Part shown: positions 49,759 through 61,048 of the stretch, one piece after another
How positions within the stretch are numbered: position 1 is the first letter of the stretch
Layout of the letters: the number at the start of each line of letters is the position of its first letter
Assembly (NCBI GenBank): GCA_964016885.1
Contig: OZ024759.1
Location: 4,216,001-4,280,000, forward strand
DNA length: 64,000 bases
Source of the DNA: Eledone cirrhosa
Lineage: Eukaryota
Reading direction: 5' to 3'
Notes under the pieces: model-generated
What the model was told of the DNA's origin: nothing
Seen by the model: the letters and a program-made list of their open reading frames with translations, nothing else
Databases searched by the model: none
Position numbers and translations under genes: made by a program

Positions 49759-52700
49759 TATCATCATCATCATCATCATCATCATCATTTTACGTCCGCT
49801 TTTCCCTGCTTGCAAGGGTGGGACGGGTCTTATTCAGCACAGCATCTCTCCACTCGTCACGGTCCCTCGTCATCTCCACCGTGAGCTTCAATGATCTGAG
49901 GTCTGTTCTCACCACCTCCGCCCATGTTTTTCGTGGTCTACCTCTACTACGTCTTCCTTCAACTGGCATTTCCTGGCACTTCTTCACCCATCGGTCATCC
50001 TCCATGCGCATCACATGTCCATACCACCTCAGTCTCCTCTCCCGTACACTACATTCTATCCTTCTCAGACACAGTTTCTCTCTCAACACATTTATGCTGG
50101 GTCGTTCACGCACATTTACACTGCACATCCAACGGAGCATGCTTGCCTCATTTCTCTCCAGCCGTCGCATATCTTCTGCGGTAGCTGCCCATGTCTCACT
50201 ACCATGCAGCATCGCGCTCCTCACACAGGCATCATACAACCGGCCTTTCGTATGCAGGGAGAAACCCTTCTTCGTCAACAGAGGAAGCAGCTCCCTAAAC
50301 TTCTTCCAACCCGTCCTTATTCTAGATACTATGGCCTCGGAACACCCTCCTCCCATGCTAATCTGATCTCCTAGGTACCGGAAGCTATCCACCACTTCTA
50401 TAGCGCCCTCTCGCATTTGAAAAATGTGTCTATCAGTGCGACTTCTACTGTCTAATTTCCCTGTACATCTACTGCATACATATTTCTCCCTACCTGTTAG
50501 TTTGCCTGCTATCCCGCTACATCTCTTGTGTACCCAGGACCTACATTGTGTGCATTTTATAGAATTTATGCCAGTTCCTTTTCTGCATATCGAACATGGC
50601 CATTTCCCTGACGGAATCAGGGTTTTGTCCTCTTTTCTACTCATCAACACTTTTGTCTTAGCTAGATTTACTCTCAGTCCTCTTGCTTCCAACTGCTGTT
50701 TCCATAGCCGGAATTTATTCTCTAGCTCCTCTACTGATTCTGCCATAAGAGCCAGATCGTCAGCATAGAGAAGTTCCCATGGACAGCCAGTCTTAAACTC
50801 CTCTGTTATGGCTTGGAGGACTATAATGAACAAGAGCGGGCTGAGGACCGAACCCTGATGTACTCCTACTTGTATCTGGAATTCCTCACTAAACTCCATT
50901 CCTACCCTGACTTTACTGAGAGTACCTCTGTACAAAGTTTGCACTGTCCTTACAAGCCATTCCTCAACACCCAGCTTCCTTAGGGACCACCAGATGACAG
51001 ATCGGGGTACCCTATCAAAGGCCTTCTCTAGGTCAACAAAGGCCAAGTATAGTGGCTTATTCTTCTCTAAGAACCTCTCTTGCATTTGTCTCACCAAGAA
51101 GAGGGCATCTGTTGTACTCTTCCCAGGCACAAAACCAAACTGCATCTCATCTAGTTTGACCCTTTCTCTAATTAGTTGTGCTAAAATCCTTTCTGCCACT
51201 TTCATAACCTGATCTATCAGTTTTATACCCCTATAATTGCTCCTCTCCAAAGCATCCCCTTTACCTTTGTAGCAATTTATGAGAATACTGCTGCACCAGT
51301 CTTTGGGTATGACACCACCATATATAGCCTGATTGATTATGCGTGCAACCAGTTTAGTGCCTACGTCCCCTGATGCCTTCAGCATCTCAGCAACTATTCC
51401 CGATGGTCCGGCCGCCTTACCATTTTTCATTTCCCTAATCGCCTCTTGGACCCTATATTCGTCAATCTCAATAGCTGGTCCCTCTGTCGGATCTACCAAG
51501 GGTAATTTCTCTCTCTCCCATTCGTTCTCCACATTCATCAGTCTCTCATAATGGCATTTCCAGGCCTCCTTTTTCTGGTCATTCGTGACACTAAGTACAC
51601 CGGCATCATCCCGGACACATTTATCACCAACAACATCCTGATTTGCATTGACACACTGCCTTGCAATGTGGAACACCGCACGCCTCTGATCTTCCCGTCG
51701 CAGAACATTGGCAAACCTCCTACTCTCTGCCTCCCTGCGTGCTAAGTACACCTGACGTCTAGCTTCTCTCTTAGTGGCTGTATATTCTTCCCTACTCCCA
51801 CCCTTATTCCAAGCCTTCCATGCTAGTCTTTTGTCTCTAATAGCCTTATCTACACTGCTGTTCCACCACCAGGTCACTCTCTGTCTGGTTGGGGCTCTGC
51901 TCCAGCCACAAGTTTCATCAGTAGCCTTCAGCAAGTTGTCACGTAAGAACTTCCAGTTATTATCTATGTCATACGTCTCTAAATCGTCTTCTTTTTCGTC
52001 ATATACATCTTGAAGGGCTTTCCTAAATTTGAATTTTAGTGAAAGGTCTTTTAGCTTCCAGACCTTTCTTCTCCACACCTTCCTATATGGCTCATTCCAT
52101 CTCTTGCTTACTGAGATATCACTAACAACTAACCTATGCTGTGGGGTACATTCTTCCCCAGGGTATGCCTTGGTATTAGACACTATCTGCCTGTCCCGCT
52201 GCCTAACTAGCAGGAAGTCAATCTGGCTTATGTGCTCACCAGATTTGTAGGTTATTAGGTGATTGGCAGGTTTCTGGAAGTTTGTGTTGCAAATAGTCAA
52301 TGTACTTGCATCACAAAATTCAAGAAGTCTCACTCCTTCTTCATTTCTTGAACCGTAACCATGCCCACCATGTACCCCAGTGTAACCATTCTGGAGCTGT
52401 CCAACATGACCATTGAAGTCTCCTGCTAGCATAACGATGTCTCCGTCCTCTGTCATTGTGGTTGTTTGCAAAAGTTGCTCATAAAAGCAGTCTTTCTCAT
52501 CTTTGCCTAGGCCTGCTTGGGGAGCATAGACCGAGATGATTGTCAGTAGTCTCCTACCTACAACTAATCTAAGCTTAATTATTCGATTACTAACTCGAAC
52601 TACCTCTATTGTCTTATTGATCCATTTCTCAGCCAGGAAAATGCCTACTCCCCCTAACCCATCATCCTTACCTACCCAGAATAGCTTATAGCTAAGACGC

Positions 52701-53053
52701 TTGCCTACGACTAGTCTCGCAGAGGCACCTCTCCATCTCACCTCTTGCACGCAGCACACATCCACCTGCCTTCTCTCCAGCATCTCCGCTATTTCAGCAG
52801 ATCTACCTCTGAGAGTGCCAACATTAAGTGTTGCAACTCTGAGATGCGACGTCTTCATATTTTTTTCTATGCTGTTTTGTTGCTGTGCTGATAAGCTTTT
52901 TGGCATTGATACACTGGTTGGATGCCCTTCCTAACACCAGCGCCACTTTACAGCATGGACTGGGTGCTTTTATTTGTGCCACCAGCACTAGAGAGGATGT
53001 CTTACTAGACTCAAGGGCCCTCTCTACCCCTCCATTTTACAGCATGGTCATTT
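49759..53053 (-). mobile_element. Full-length RTE-clade LINE
   Basis: Short 5'UTR, single intact ORF, (GAT)n tail; no TSD recognised. Confidence 0.92.
49790..52906 (-). CDS. RTE ORF: APE endonuclease + reverse transcriptase with inserted PHD finger, 1038 aa, uninterrupted
   Basis: LNVGTL, VQEVRW, YAPQ, GDFNGH, SQIDF, PQH; DLEKAFD, GVHQGSVLSP, LYADD, FRYLG; C4HC3 motif at 50465-50596. Confidence 0.95.
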   Translation of the reverse strand: MPKSLSAQQQNSIEKNMKTSHLRVATLNVGTLRGRSAEIAEMLERRQVDVCCVQEVRWRGASARLVVGKRLSYKLFWVGKDDGLGGVGIFLAEKWINKTIEVVRVSNRIIKLRLVVGRRLLTIISVYAPQAGLGKDEKDCFYEQLLQTTTMTEDGDIVMLAGDFNGHVGQLQNGYTGVHGGHGYGSRNEEGVRLLEFCDASTLTICNTNFQKPANHLITYKSGEHISQIDFLLVRQRDRQIVSNTKAYPGEECTPQHRLVVSDISVSKRWNEPYRKVWRRKVWKLKDLSLKFKFRKALQDVYDEKEDDLETYDIDNNWKFLRDNLLKATDETCGWSRAPTRQRVTWWWNSSVDKAIRDKRLAWKAWNKGGSREEYTATKREARRQVYLARREAESRRFANVLRREDQRRAVFHIARQCVNANQDVVGDKCVRDDAGVLSVTNDQKKEAWKCHYERLMNVENEWEREKLPLVDPTEGPAIEIDEYRVQEAIREMKNGKAAGPSGIVAEMLKASGDVGTKLVARIINQAIYGGVIPKDWCSSILINCYKGKGDALERSNYRGIKLIDQVMKVAERILAQLIRERVKLDEMQFGFVPGKSTTDALFLVRQMQERFLEKNKPLYLAFVDLEKAFDRVPRSVIWWSLRKLGVEEWLVRTVQTLYRGTLSKVRVGMEFSEEFQIQVGVHQGSVLSPLLFIIVLQAITEEFKTGCPWELLYADDLALMAESVEELENKFRLWKQQLEARGLRVNLAKTKVLMSRKEDKTLIPSGKWPCSICRKGTGINSIKCTQCRSWVHKRCSGIAGKLTGREKYVCSRCTGKLDSRSRTDRHIFQMREGAIEVVDSFRYLGDQISMGGGCSEAIVSRIRTGWKKFRELLPLLTKKGFSLHTKGRLYDACVRSAMLHGSETWAATAEDMRRLERNEASMLRWMCSVNVRERPSINVLREKLCLRRIECSVRERRLRWYGHVMRMEDDRWVKKCQEMPVEGRRSRGRPRKTWAEVVRTDLRSLKLTVEMTRDRDEWRDAVLNKTRPTLASREKRT

Positions 53054-53943
53054 AAAAAAAAAAAAAAAAAAAAAACAAACTTATTGACACGACTCACACA
53101 CTAATACTCATGCATACAAACCACAACCACACATACCAACACTCATTCATGCATACAATCACACACACAACTCACAAACACATATATATATATACATATA
53201 TTACCGACAGTTCTGATACAAAATCAAAATCAAAGTCAAAATCGTCAAAATCACTATCATGTCAACTGTTGACCTTTCCCAGTCCAGTTCGGCTTGTATA
53301 TAATAACAATAACAATAATAATTGTTTGTTTACGCTGGTAATGGCGGTGGTGGATGGTGTCAGTGTGGTGGTGGATGGTATCAGCGTGGTGGTGGTGGAT
53401 GGTCAGTGATGGTGGTGACAGTTGTTGGTGCTGTAGTTGTTACTGTTGTTGTTGTCCTTCATTTCACTGCTGCTGTTGCTGCAGACAATGGTGTTGATGC
53501 TGTTATTGCTGTCGCATATATACAAATACATACACACACATTCAACACAGACGATGGTGTTGTTGCTGTTGTTGTTGTTGTTGGTGTTGCTGCTGTTGTT
53601 GTTGTAGTTGTTGCTGTGTTGAAATCTGGTCGCATCCACAGAGATATACACATATACACACACATACACATATGTATATACACATACATACATCAAAAGA
53701 TAGTCAGCAGTATGTCAACAGGGGACAGGACAGCGACCTTAGAGTAATGTGGTGATGGTGGGGAGCGAGTGTAGGCGTTATTGTTATTGTGGTGACGGGG
53801 GGGTCAGTGAGATGTTACAAGTTCATAGATCACTTCTCTCTTTTCCTCTCTCTTCAAAATTTTGAATTTATGGCCTTTTGCAATGGCGGCCAAGTATATA
53901 TAATATATATGAAGCAAAGAAAAGAAAATTTTCACTGATATGA

Positions 53944-54240
53944 AAGATTTCCTGGTAGAAGTTCAGGTGTATTCAGTGATTGGTATCCAGTTTCGGGGTA
54001 TCCAATTAGAAAATCCAACGAATCTTTAAGAGGGGTCCACGCAACCATTGATATATATATCTATATATGTAAAATGCAAGCAGAAATGACAACGAAAGAT
54101 TTCCTGGTAGAAGTTCAGGTGTATTCAGTGTTGGTATCCAGTGTTGGGGTATCCAATTAGAAAATCCAACGAATTTTGAGAGGGGTCCACGCAAGCATAT
54201 ATATAGATATATATATGTATATATGCAAAATGCAAGCAGA
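53944..54240. repeat. Diverged ~150-bp tandem duplication
   Basis: GAAAGATTTCCTGGTAGAAGTTCAGGTGTATTCAGTG...GGGGTCCACGCAA occurs twice. Confidence 0.85.
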
Positions 54241-54521
54241 AATAACAACACATATACTAATGAACATACATTAAACACAGAGGGACTGTAAATGATGATA
54301 GCAATATCTAGATATAAATATATAAATGTACATATCTCTATTGGTCTCATAAATTTTAAATTTTCTCTTTCCTCTTGTGTGTGTGTAGCAACACGTGGTT
54401 GTGTGTTGCTGCTGACTCTAGCAGAGCCCAAGAAAACACGTCTTGCCCTAACAGCTGCTGCTCCCTATATATATATATATATATTTTTTCTTTTAACATA
54501 TATGTGTATATAAAATATATA

Positions 54522-54596
54522 CAGGGTCTCCCCAAAAATGTATACACACTTCAACTACAGTCTATGTAAGTGTGTATACATTTTGGGGGGACACTG
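54522..54596. mobile_element. 75-bp Tc1/mariner-type MITE
   Basis: TA|CAGGGTCTCCCCAAAAATGTATACACACTT ... AAGTGTGTATACATTTTGGGGGGACACTG|TA. Confidence 0.85.
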
Positions 54597-55039
54597 TAAT
54601 ATACATATCATTAAACGTATCTCCTACATGTGTATAAATAAATATACATGTATTTTATTAACAATTTTCTGTAGAATCTGTTAAACATGGAAGAAAATGT
54701 GGAGACTAAATAAAATTAACGTGTTGGTCACATTAACTTAATAATATAACTATATATTAATGAAATATGTCGAAATAAAAGTTGTAATTGTGACAAAAAT
54801 ATTGATTCGGTAGTTTATTATGACCAAGACTACTCATTATCCCACTACATCTTTTGTATACTATATATATACTGTTTATATATATATACACACACACATA
54901 TAATTGCGTATTCACACATTATCTTAGTAATGAAATAATAATTTTAGTAAATTGTTCAAAAGGCAATTCCTTCCTCAATCATTACATAGATGTGTGTATG
55001 TAATAATTATTTTGTATTGTGTGTCTATTTAGGAATATG

Positions 55040-56118
55040 TATGTGTAGATGTGTGTGTGTGTAACACAGTAGATGTGTGTGTATGTAACACAATAGATGT
55101 GTGTGTATGTAACCCAGTAGATGTGTGTGTATGTAACTCAGCAGATGTGTGTGTGTAACACAGTAGATGTGTGTGTATGTAACTCAGCAGATGTGTGTGT
55201 ATGTAACACAGTAGATGTGTGTGTGTAACACAGTATATGTATTTGTATGTAACACACTAGATGTGTGTGTATATATAACACAGTAGATGTGTATGTAACA
55301 CAGTAGATGTGTATATATAACACAGTAGATGTGTGTATATGTAACACAGTAGATGTGTATATATAACACAGTAGATGTGTATGTAACACAGATGTGTATA
55401 TATAACACAGTAGATGTGTGTGTATGTAACACAGATATGTGTGTATGTAACACAGTAGATGTGTATGTAACACAGTAGATGTGTATATATAACATAGTAG
55501 ATGTGTGTGTATGTAACACAGATGTGTGTATGTAACTCAGCAGATGTGTGTGTGTAACACAGTAGATGTGTGTGTATGTAACTCAGCAGATGTGTGTATG
55601 TAACACAGTAGATCAGTAGATGTGTGTGTGTGTGTAACACAGTATATGTATGTGTATGTAACACACTAGATGTGTGTGTATATATAACACAGTAGATGTG
55701 TATGTAACACAGTAGATGTGTGTGTATGTAACACAGTAGATGTGTATATATAACACAGTAGATGTGTATGTAACACAGTAGATGTGTATATATAACACAG
55801 TAGATGTGTGTGTATGTAAACAGATGTGTGTGTATGTAACACAGTACATGTGTGTGTGTAACCCAGTAGATGTGTGTATGTAACACAGTAGATGTGTGTG
55901 TATGTAACACAGTAGATCTGTGTGCATGTAACACAGTAGATGTGTGTGTATGTAACACAGTAGATGTGTGTATGTAACAGTATATGTATGTGTATGTAAC
56001 ACACTAGATGTGTGTGTATATGTAACACAGTAGATGTGTATGTAACACAGTAGATCTGTGTGGATGTAACACAGTACATGTGTGTATGTAACACAGTAGA
56101 TGTGTGTGTATGTAACTA
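55040..56118. repeat. Variable ~20-26-bp minisatellite TAACACAGTAGA(TG)n(TA)n
   Basis: Fixed core with a slipping dinucleotide tract. Confidence 0.92.
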
Positions 56119-57009
56119 AAGTGTAACGTACATTACGAATGGACAACTAAAAGATTTTAACTTGTTTTTTAACAATTCATGGTAGAAAAAAATTTAAATT
56201 GTCTCAATTCAGACCATAAAGGGCCGCAACACATGGTGTTTGACACACTTACCGGCTACATAGCCTCGGGGTCTATTTTACTGAGACCGGCTACATAGCC
56301 TCGGGGTCTATTTTACTGAGACCGGCTACATATCTTCTTCCTAAAATCTTCCAACATAATTTTATACAAGAACCACATGTGAAGTTACTAATAAAATAAT
56401 TAATAATTAAACACTTCAGTAAATCCTTCAAATGATATCTCAGTAATGAAATAATTAATAATTGTTATAAATACCTCAAAATTCCTCATTAATTAAACCC
56501 AAGACAGGTAAAAACTCCAGAGTCTTTCAATCGGACATGAAACAAATTAATTTCTAATGGAAGAAGTAAAGATTTTAAAGTCAGCCAAGGGAGATCACTC
56601 TCAGCGACTTATCGTAATTCTCGTTCCTGAATTAATCCGGATTAAAATATTCCGGTGTATTTTGTGTGGAGGAAACCGGATTTAGGCGGTGATAGCACGC
56701 AGTACATGAACGTATGGTTCGTGAGTTCGAATCCCAGACCGGGTGGTCTGTACGTCGGGGCCTTGAACAAGACACTTTATTTCTCTTTGTTTTATTTTAC
56801 CCAGCTGGCAAAGATAATAAGTTGTAATAATTATAGTGGAAACGTTGTTACATAGAATTGTCACACTGAATCTCCCTGAGAAGAATGTCAACGGTATACG
56901 TGTCAATGAAATACTCAGACACATTATAATATAAGACGGGTTCTACATGTATTTCAAAGGGAAGCCATGCCATACGTCTTACTGAATCTCCCTGAGAACT
57001 ACGTATATA

Positions 57010-58700
57010 CTAGTGACTATCAGACATAGTGTATCTAGGATCACATTATCTAATGTACAGTACAGTAGTTAGTATTAGTGGCTATAAGACATAGTTTATC
57101 TAGGACTACATTATCTAATGTACAGTACAGTAGTTAGTATTAGTGGCTATAAGACATAGTATATCTAGGACTACATTATCTAATGTACAGTATAGTGGCT
57201 ATCAGACATAGTGTATCTAGGACTCCATTATCTAATGTACAGAATAGTGGCTATCAGACATAGTGTACCTAGGACTACATTATCTAATGTACAGTATAGT
57301 GGCTATCAGACATAGTGTACCTAAGACTACATTGTCTAATGTACAGTATAGTGTCTATCAGACATAGTGTATCTAGGACTACATTGTCTAATGTACAGTA
57401 TAGTGGCTATCAGTCATAGTGTACCTAGGACTACATTATCTAATGTACAGTATAGTGGCTATCAGACATAGTGTATCTAGGACTACATTATCTAATGTGC
57501 AGTATAGTGGCTGTAAGACATAGTATATCTAGGACTACATTATCTAATATACAGTATAGTGGCTATCAGACATAGTGTATCTAGGACTACATTATCTAAT
57601 GTACAGTATAGTGGCTGTAAGACATAGTGTATCTAGGACTACATTATCTAATGTACAGTATAGTGGCTATCAGACATAGTGTATCTAGGACTACATTATC
57701 TAATGTACAGTATAGTGGCTATCAGACATAGTGTATCTAGCACTACATTATCTAATGTACAGTATAGTGTCTATCAGACATAGTGTACCTAGGACTACAT
57801 TATCTAATGTACAGTATAGTGGCTATCAGACATAGTGTATCTAGGACTACATTATCTAATGTACAGTATAGTGGCTGTAAGACATAGTATATCTAGGACT
57901 ACATTATCTAATGTACAGTATAGTGGCTATCAGACATAGTGTATCTAGCACTACATTATCTAATGTACAGTATAGTGTCTATCAGACATAGTGTATCTAG
58001 GACTACATTGTCTAATGTACAGTATAGTGGCTATCAGTCATAGTGTACCTAGGACTACATTATCTAATGTACAGTATAGTGGCTATCAGACATAGTGTAT
58101 CTAGGACTACATTATCTAATGTACAGTATAGTGGCTGTAAGACATAGTATATCTAGGACTACATTATCTAATATACAGTATAGTGGCTATCAGACATAGT
58201 GTATCTAGGACTACATTATCTAATGTACAGTATAGTGGCTGTAAGACATAGTGTATCTAGGACTACATTATCTAATGTACAGTATAGTGGCTATCAGACA
58301 TAGTGTATCTAGGACTACATTATCTAATGTACAGTATAGTGGCTATCAGACATAGTGTATCTAGCACTACATTATCTAATGTACAGTATAGTGTCTATCA
58401 GACATAGTGTACCTAGGACTACATTATCTAATGTACAGTATAGTGGCTATCAGACATAGTGTATCTAGGACTACATTATCTAATGTACAGTATAGTGGCT
58501 GTAAGACATAGTATATCTAGGACTACATTATCTAATGTACAGTATAGTGTCTATCAGACATAGTGTATCTAGGACTACATTATCTAACGTACAGTATAGT
58601 GTCTATCAGACATAGTGTACCTAGGACTACATTGTCTAATGTACAGTATAGTGTCTATCAGACATAGTGTACCTAGGACTACATTGTCTAATGTACAGTA
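57010..58700. repeat. 52-bp minisatellite (~32 copies) with a 624-bp higher-order duplication
   Basis: Unit TAGTGGCTATCAGACATAGTGTATCTAGGACTACATTATCTAATGTACAGTA; rare variants recur 624 bp apart. Confidence 0.95.
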
Positions 58701-58739
58701 TAGCAGTTAGTATTTGTGGCTATCATTATTATAGACTTC

Positions 58740-59587
58740 AAGTCGGTAGAGGGTCAGACGCCATGCTTTCCAGCATAGTTACGTCCCTTTACGATCTGAG
58801 TTCAAATCCCGCCGAGGTTGACTTTGCCTTTCATCCTTACGGGGTCGATAAAATAAAGTACCAGTAATGCACTGGGTAATTGCTGGCCTTGTGCCTAAAG
58901 TAGAAATAATTATTATAGACTTCAAGTAAATCTTTGTCAACTTACCTCCTTCACATATAATCAATGTGTTGTGTTGTTAGTTGTTACTAAACAACCAAAG
59001 AAATAATCTCTTTGTTATCAAATTAAAAGTTTCAAAGATGTTATCAGCTTTATTTCACGACATTAACGTTGGTGTATCTTCTTCATCTTTAGTCATGAAT
59101 TGATATCTTGTCAGAATGAAGTAGTGAGGATGACTTTATGTCTTTAGCTACAGATTTGATAGGAAATATATATATATTAGGTTGATATGTGGTCTAAAAT
59201 ATATATATTGTCTATAAATGACTGATAGCAGATGTTCTGGTGAAATAGTAGTTTTACTACTACAGATTGTAATGGAACTCTTAGTAGACACAATTGTAAA
59301 GTAAGAATAGATATGACAGTGTAAGACTGATGTCGGGGAAATAAACTTGTGTATATATATATAATTGTTACACAAGATATAATTAGATTAATTAAAGTTA
59401 TAATTGTTTCTACTTTAGGCACAAGGCCAGCAATTAACCAGTGCATTACTGGTACTTTATTTTATCGACCCCGTAAGGATGAAAGGCAAAGTCAACCTCG
59501 GCAGGATTTGAACTCAGATCGTAAAGGGACGTAACTATGCTGGAAAGCATGGCGTCCGACCCTCTACGAATACTGCCAATTCACCGC
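58740..59587. mobile_element. Inverted pair of tRNA SINEs (plus ~58740-58910, minus ~59403-59587)
   Basis: Near-identical sequences in opposite orientation; ORFs 58779-58964 and 59349-59534 give almost the same peptide. Confidence 0.85.
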
Positions 59588-60481
59588 AATGAAGGCAGCA
59601 GGTACTCGGTGTCGTTGTGCATGTTTCAACTCTCTTCCCGGTGTCATACGTTAAAAGTCCCTGATATAATTTAATACCTTCAGACACAGTTCCAATCGTT
59701 TTTAGTTTATTGTAAATCAGAAAGTATCACTCAATAAAATATCAATTATATATCAATAAGAAAACCTCTAGGTAGTCTCACTGACTGCTAGAAATAGCAG
59801 CGATATTACCCATTACAACTGCTCTCTCTCTCTCTATATATATATATACACACATATATGTACGTATGTATGTATATGTGTATATATGTGTATGAATGAG
59901 TGTGTATGTGTGTATATGTGTACATAGGGTTTTGGTATATGTACGTTTGGTGAACATATGTGTATTTACCTGTATCTATGTGTGAGTGTGCGTTCTATAC
60001 GCATTTATGCGTGTTTATTTATATATGTATTTATAATTATATGTATATATACACACACAAACATATATTTATATGTGTATTTGGTGCATACAATCGTATG
60101 TGTGCGGGTATATGTGTTGCGCCGGTTTACGTCCGTGCGCGCCTGTTTATGTGTACGTATATGTATATGCATGCCGTGAGTTTTCGCATATGCTCGTGTA
60201 TAAATGTGTGTATGTATATATTTAATTATTATTACTTTTATGATTTTAATAACATCTGTCATTTTCGTTCAACTAATTTATTTACATTATTCTGGACTCC
60301 GAAGCCGAGCATCATTCAGTTTCCTTAATAGAATATTAGTCTACGACTCCATTTACACCATAAACGTGGTTTTGTCTTTACGTGTAATTGTTGTCACCGC
60401 TCCACATAACGACGTATTATCTTCTTTTTCCCGTTCATTGCCAGGGAACGTCTTCACGAATCAAAGCATAAATTATTTTCA

Positions 60482-61048
60482 CGAGCTGACGTACCCAGCT
60501 TCGCCCGGGTAAACAGATGATAAAAGAAAAGGTCCCTATTTACTCCCTTCACAACTCTGTATGTTAGACTGACAGACAGGCACACAGACAGATAAACTGC
60601 GTGGCGATTGTGGAACGCCGCACGTATACACACATACACGCACACAAACTTACACACACACCCGTGCACTTACACACACGCACACACTCACACATGTTGA
60701 TAGTTTTTACTTTCTGTGGAACGCTGCACGCACGCACACATACATAAACATACGCGCACGTACATACACACGCACACATGTTAATAGTTATTGCTTTCCT
60801 TCCCCTCTTATTTCCACACACATCACACACACACACACACACACGTCTCTACACTGACACATATACATAGTGTATCCAACACAGCGTTCACTTTGCCTCT
60901 CTCTCGCCTCTCTCTCTCATTGGCATTATACATATTAATTTAAGTTTGGCGTCGTTGAGGTGGGCGGAGTCGTTAGAAACCTATGAACCAATGATAATCG
61001 AGAATTATGACACACGGAATATTGACATTGTTGAAATTAATATATAGA
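60482..61048 (-). mobile_element. Short non-autonomous Helitron
   Basis: Starts TCTATATATTAATT; internal (GT)n; ends ACCCGGGCGAAGCTGGGTACGTCAGCTCG|T, nearly identical to the end of the adjacent large Helitron. Confidence 0.75.

Noticed and set aside
55138-56146. His/Thr/Tyr/Cys-rich ORFs (also the YIYI and CVCV ORFs elsewhere)
   Set aside because: Translations of dinucleotide-based repeats.
56685-56745. tRNA-like sequence with GTTCGAATCC
   Set aside because: Runs into the CORE-like SINE body and no full cloverleaf is seen; it is a SINE head, as are the other B-box hits.
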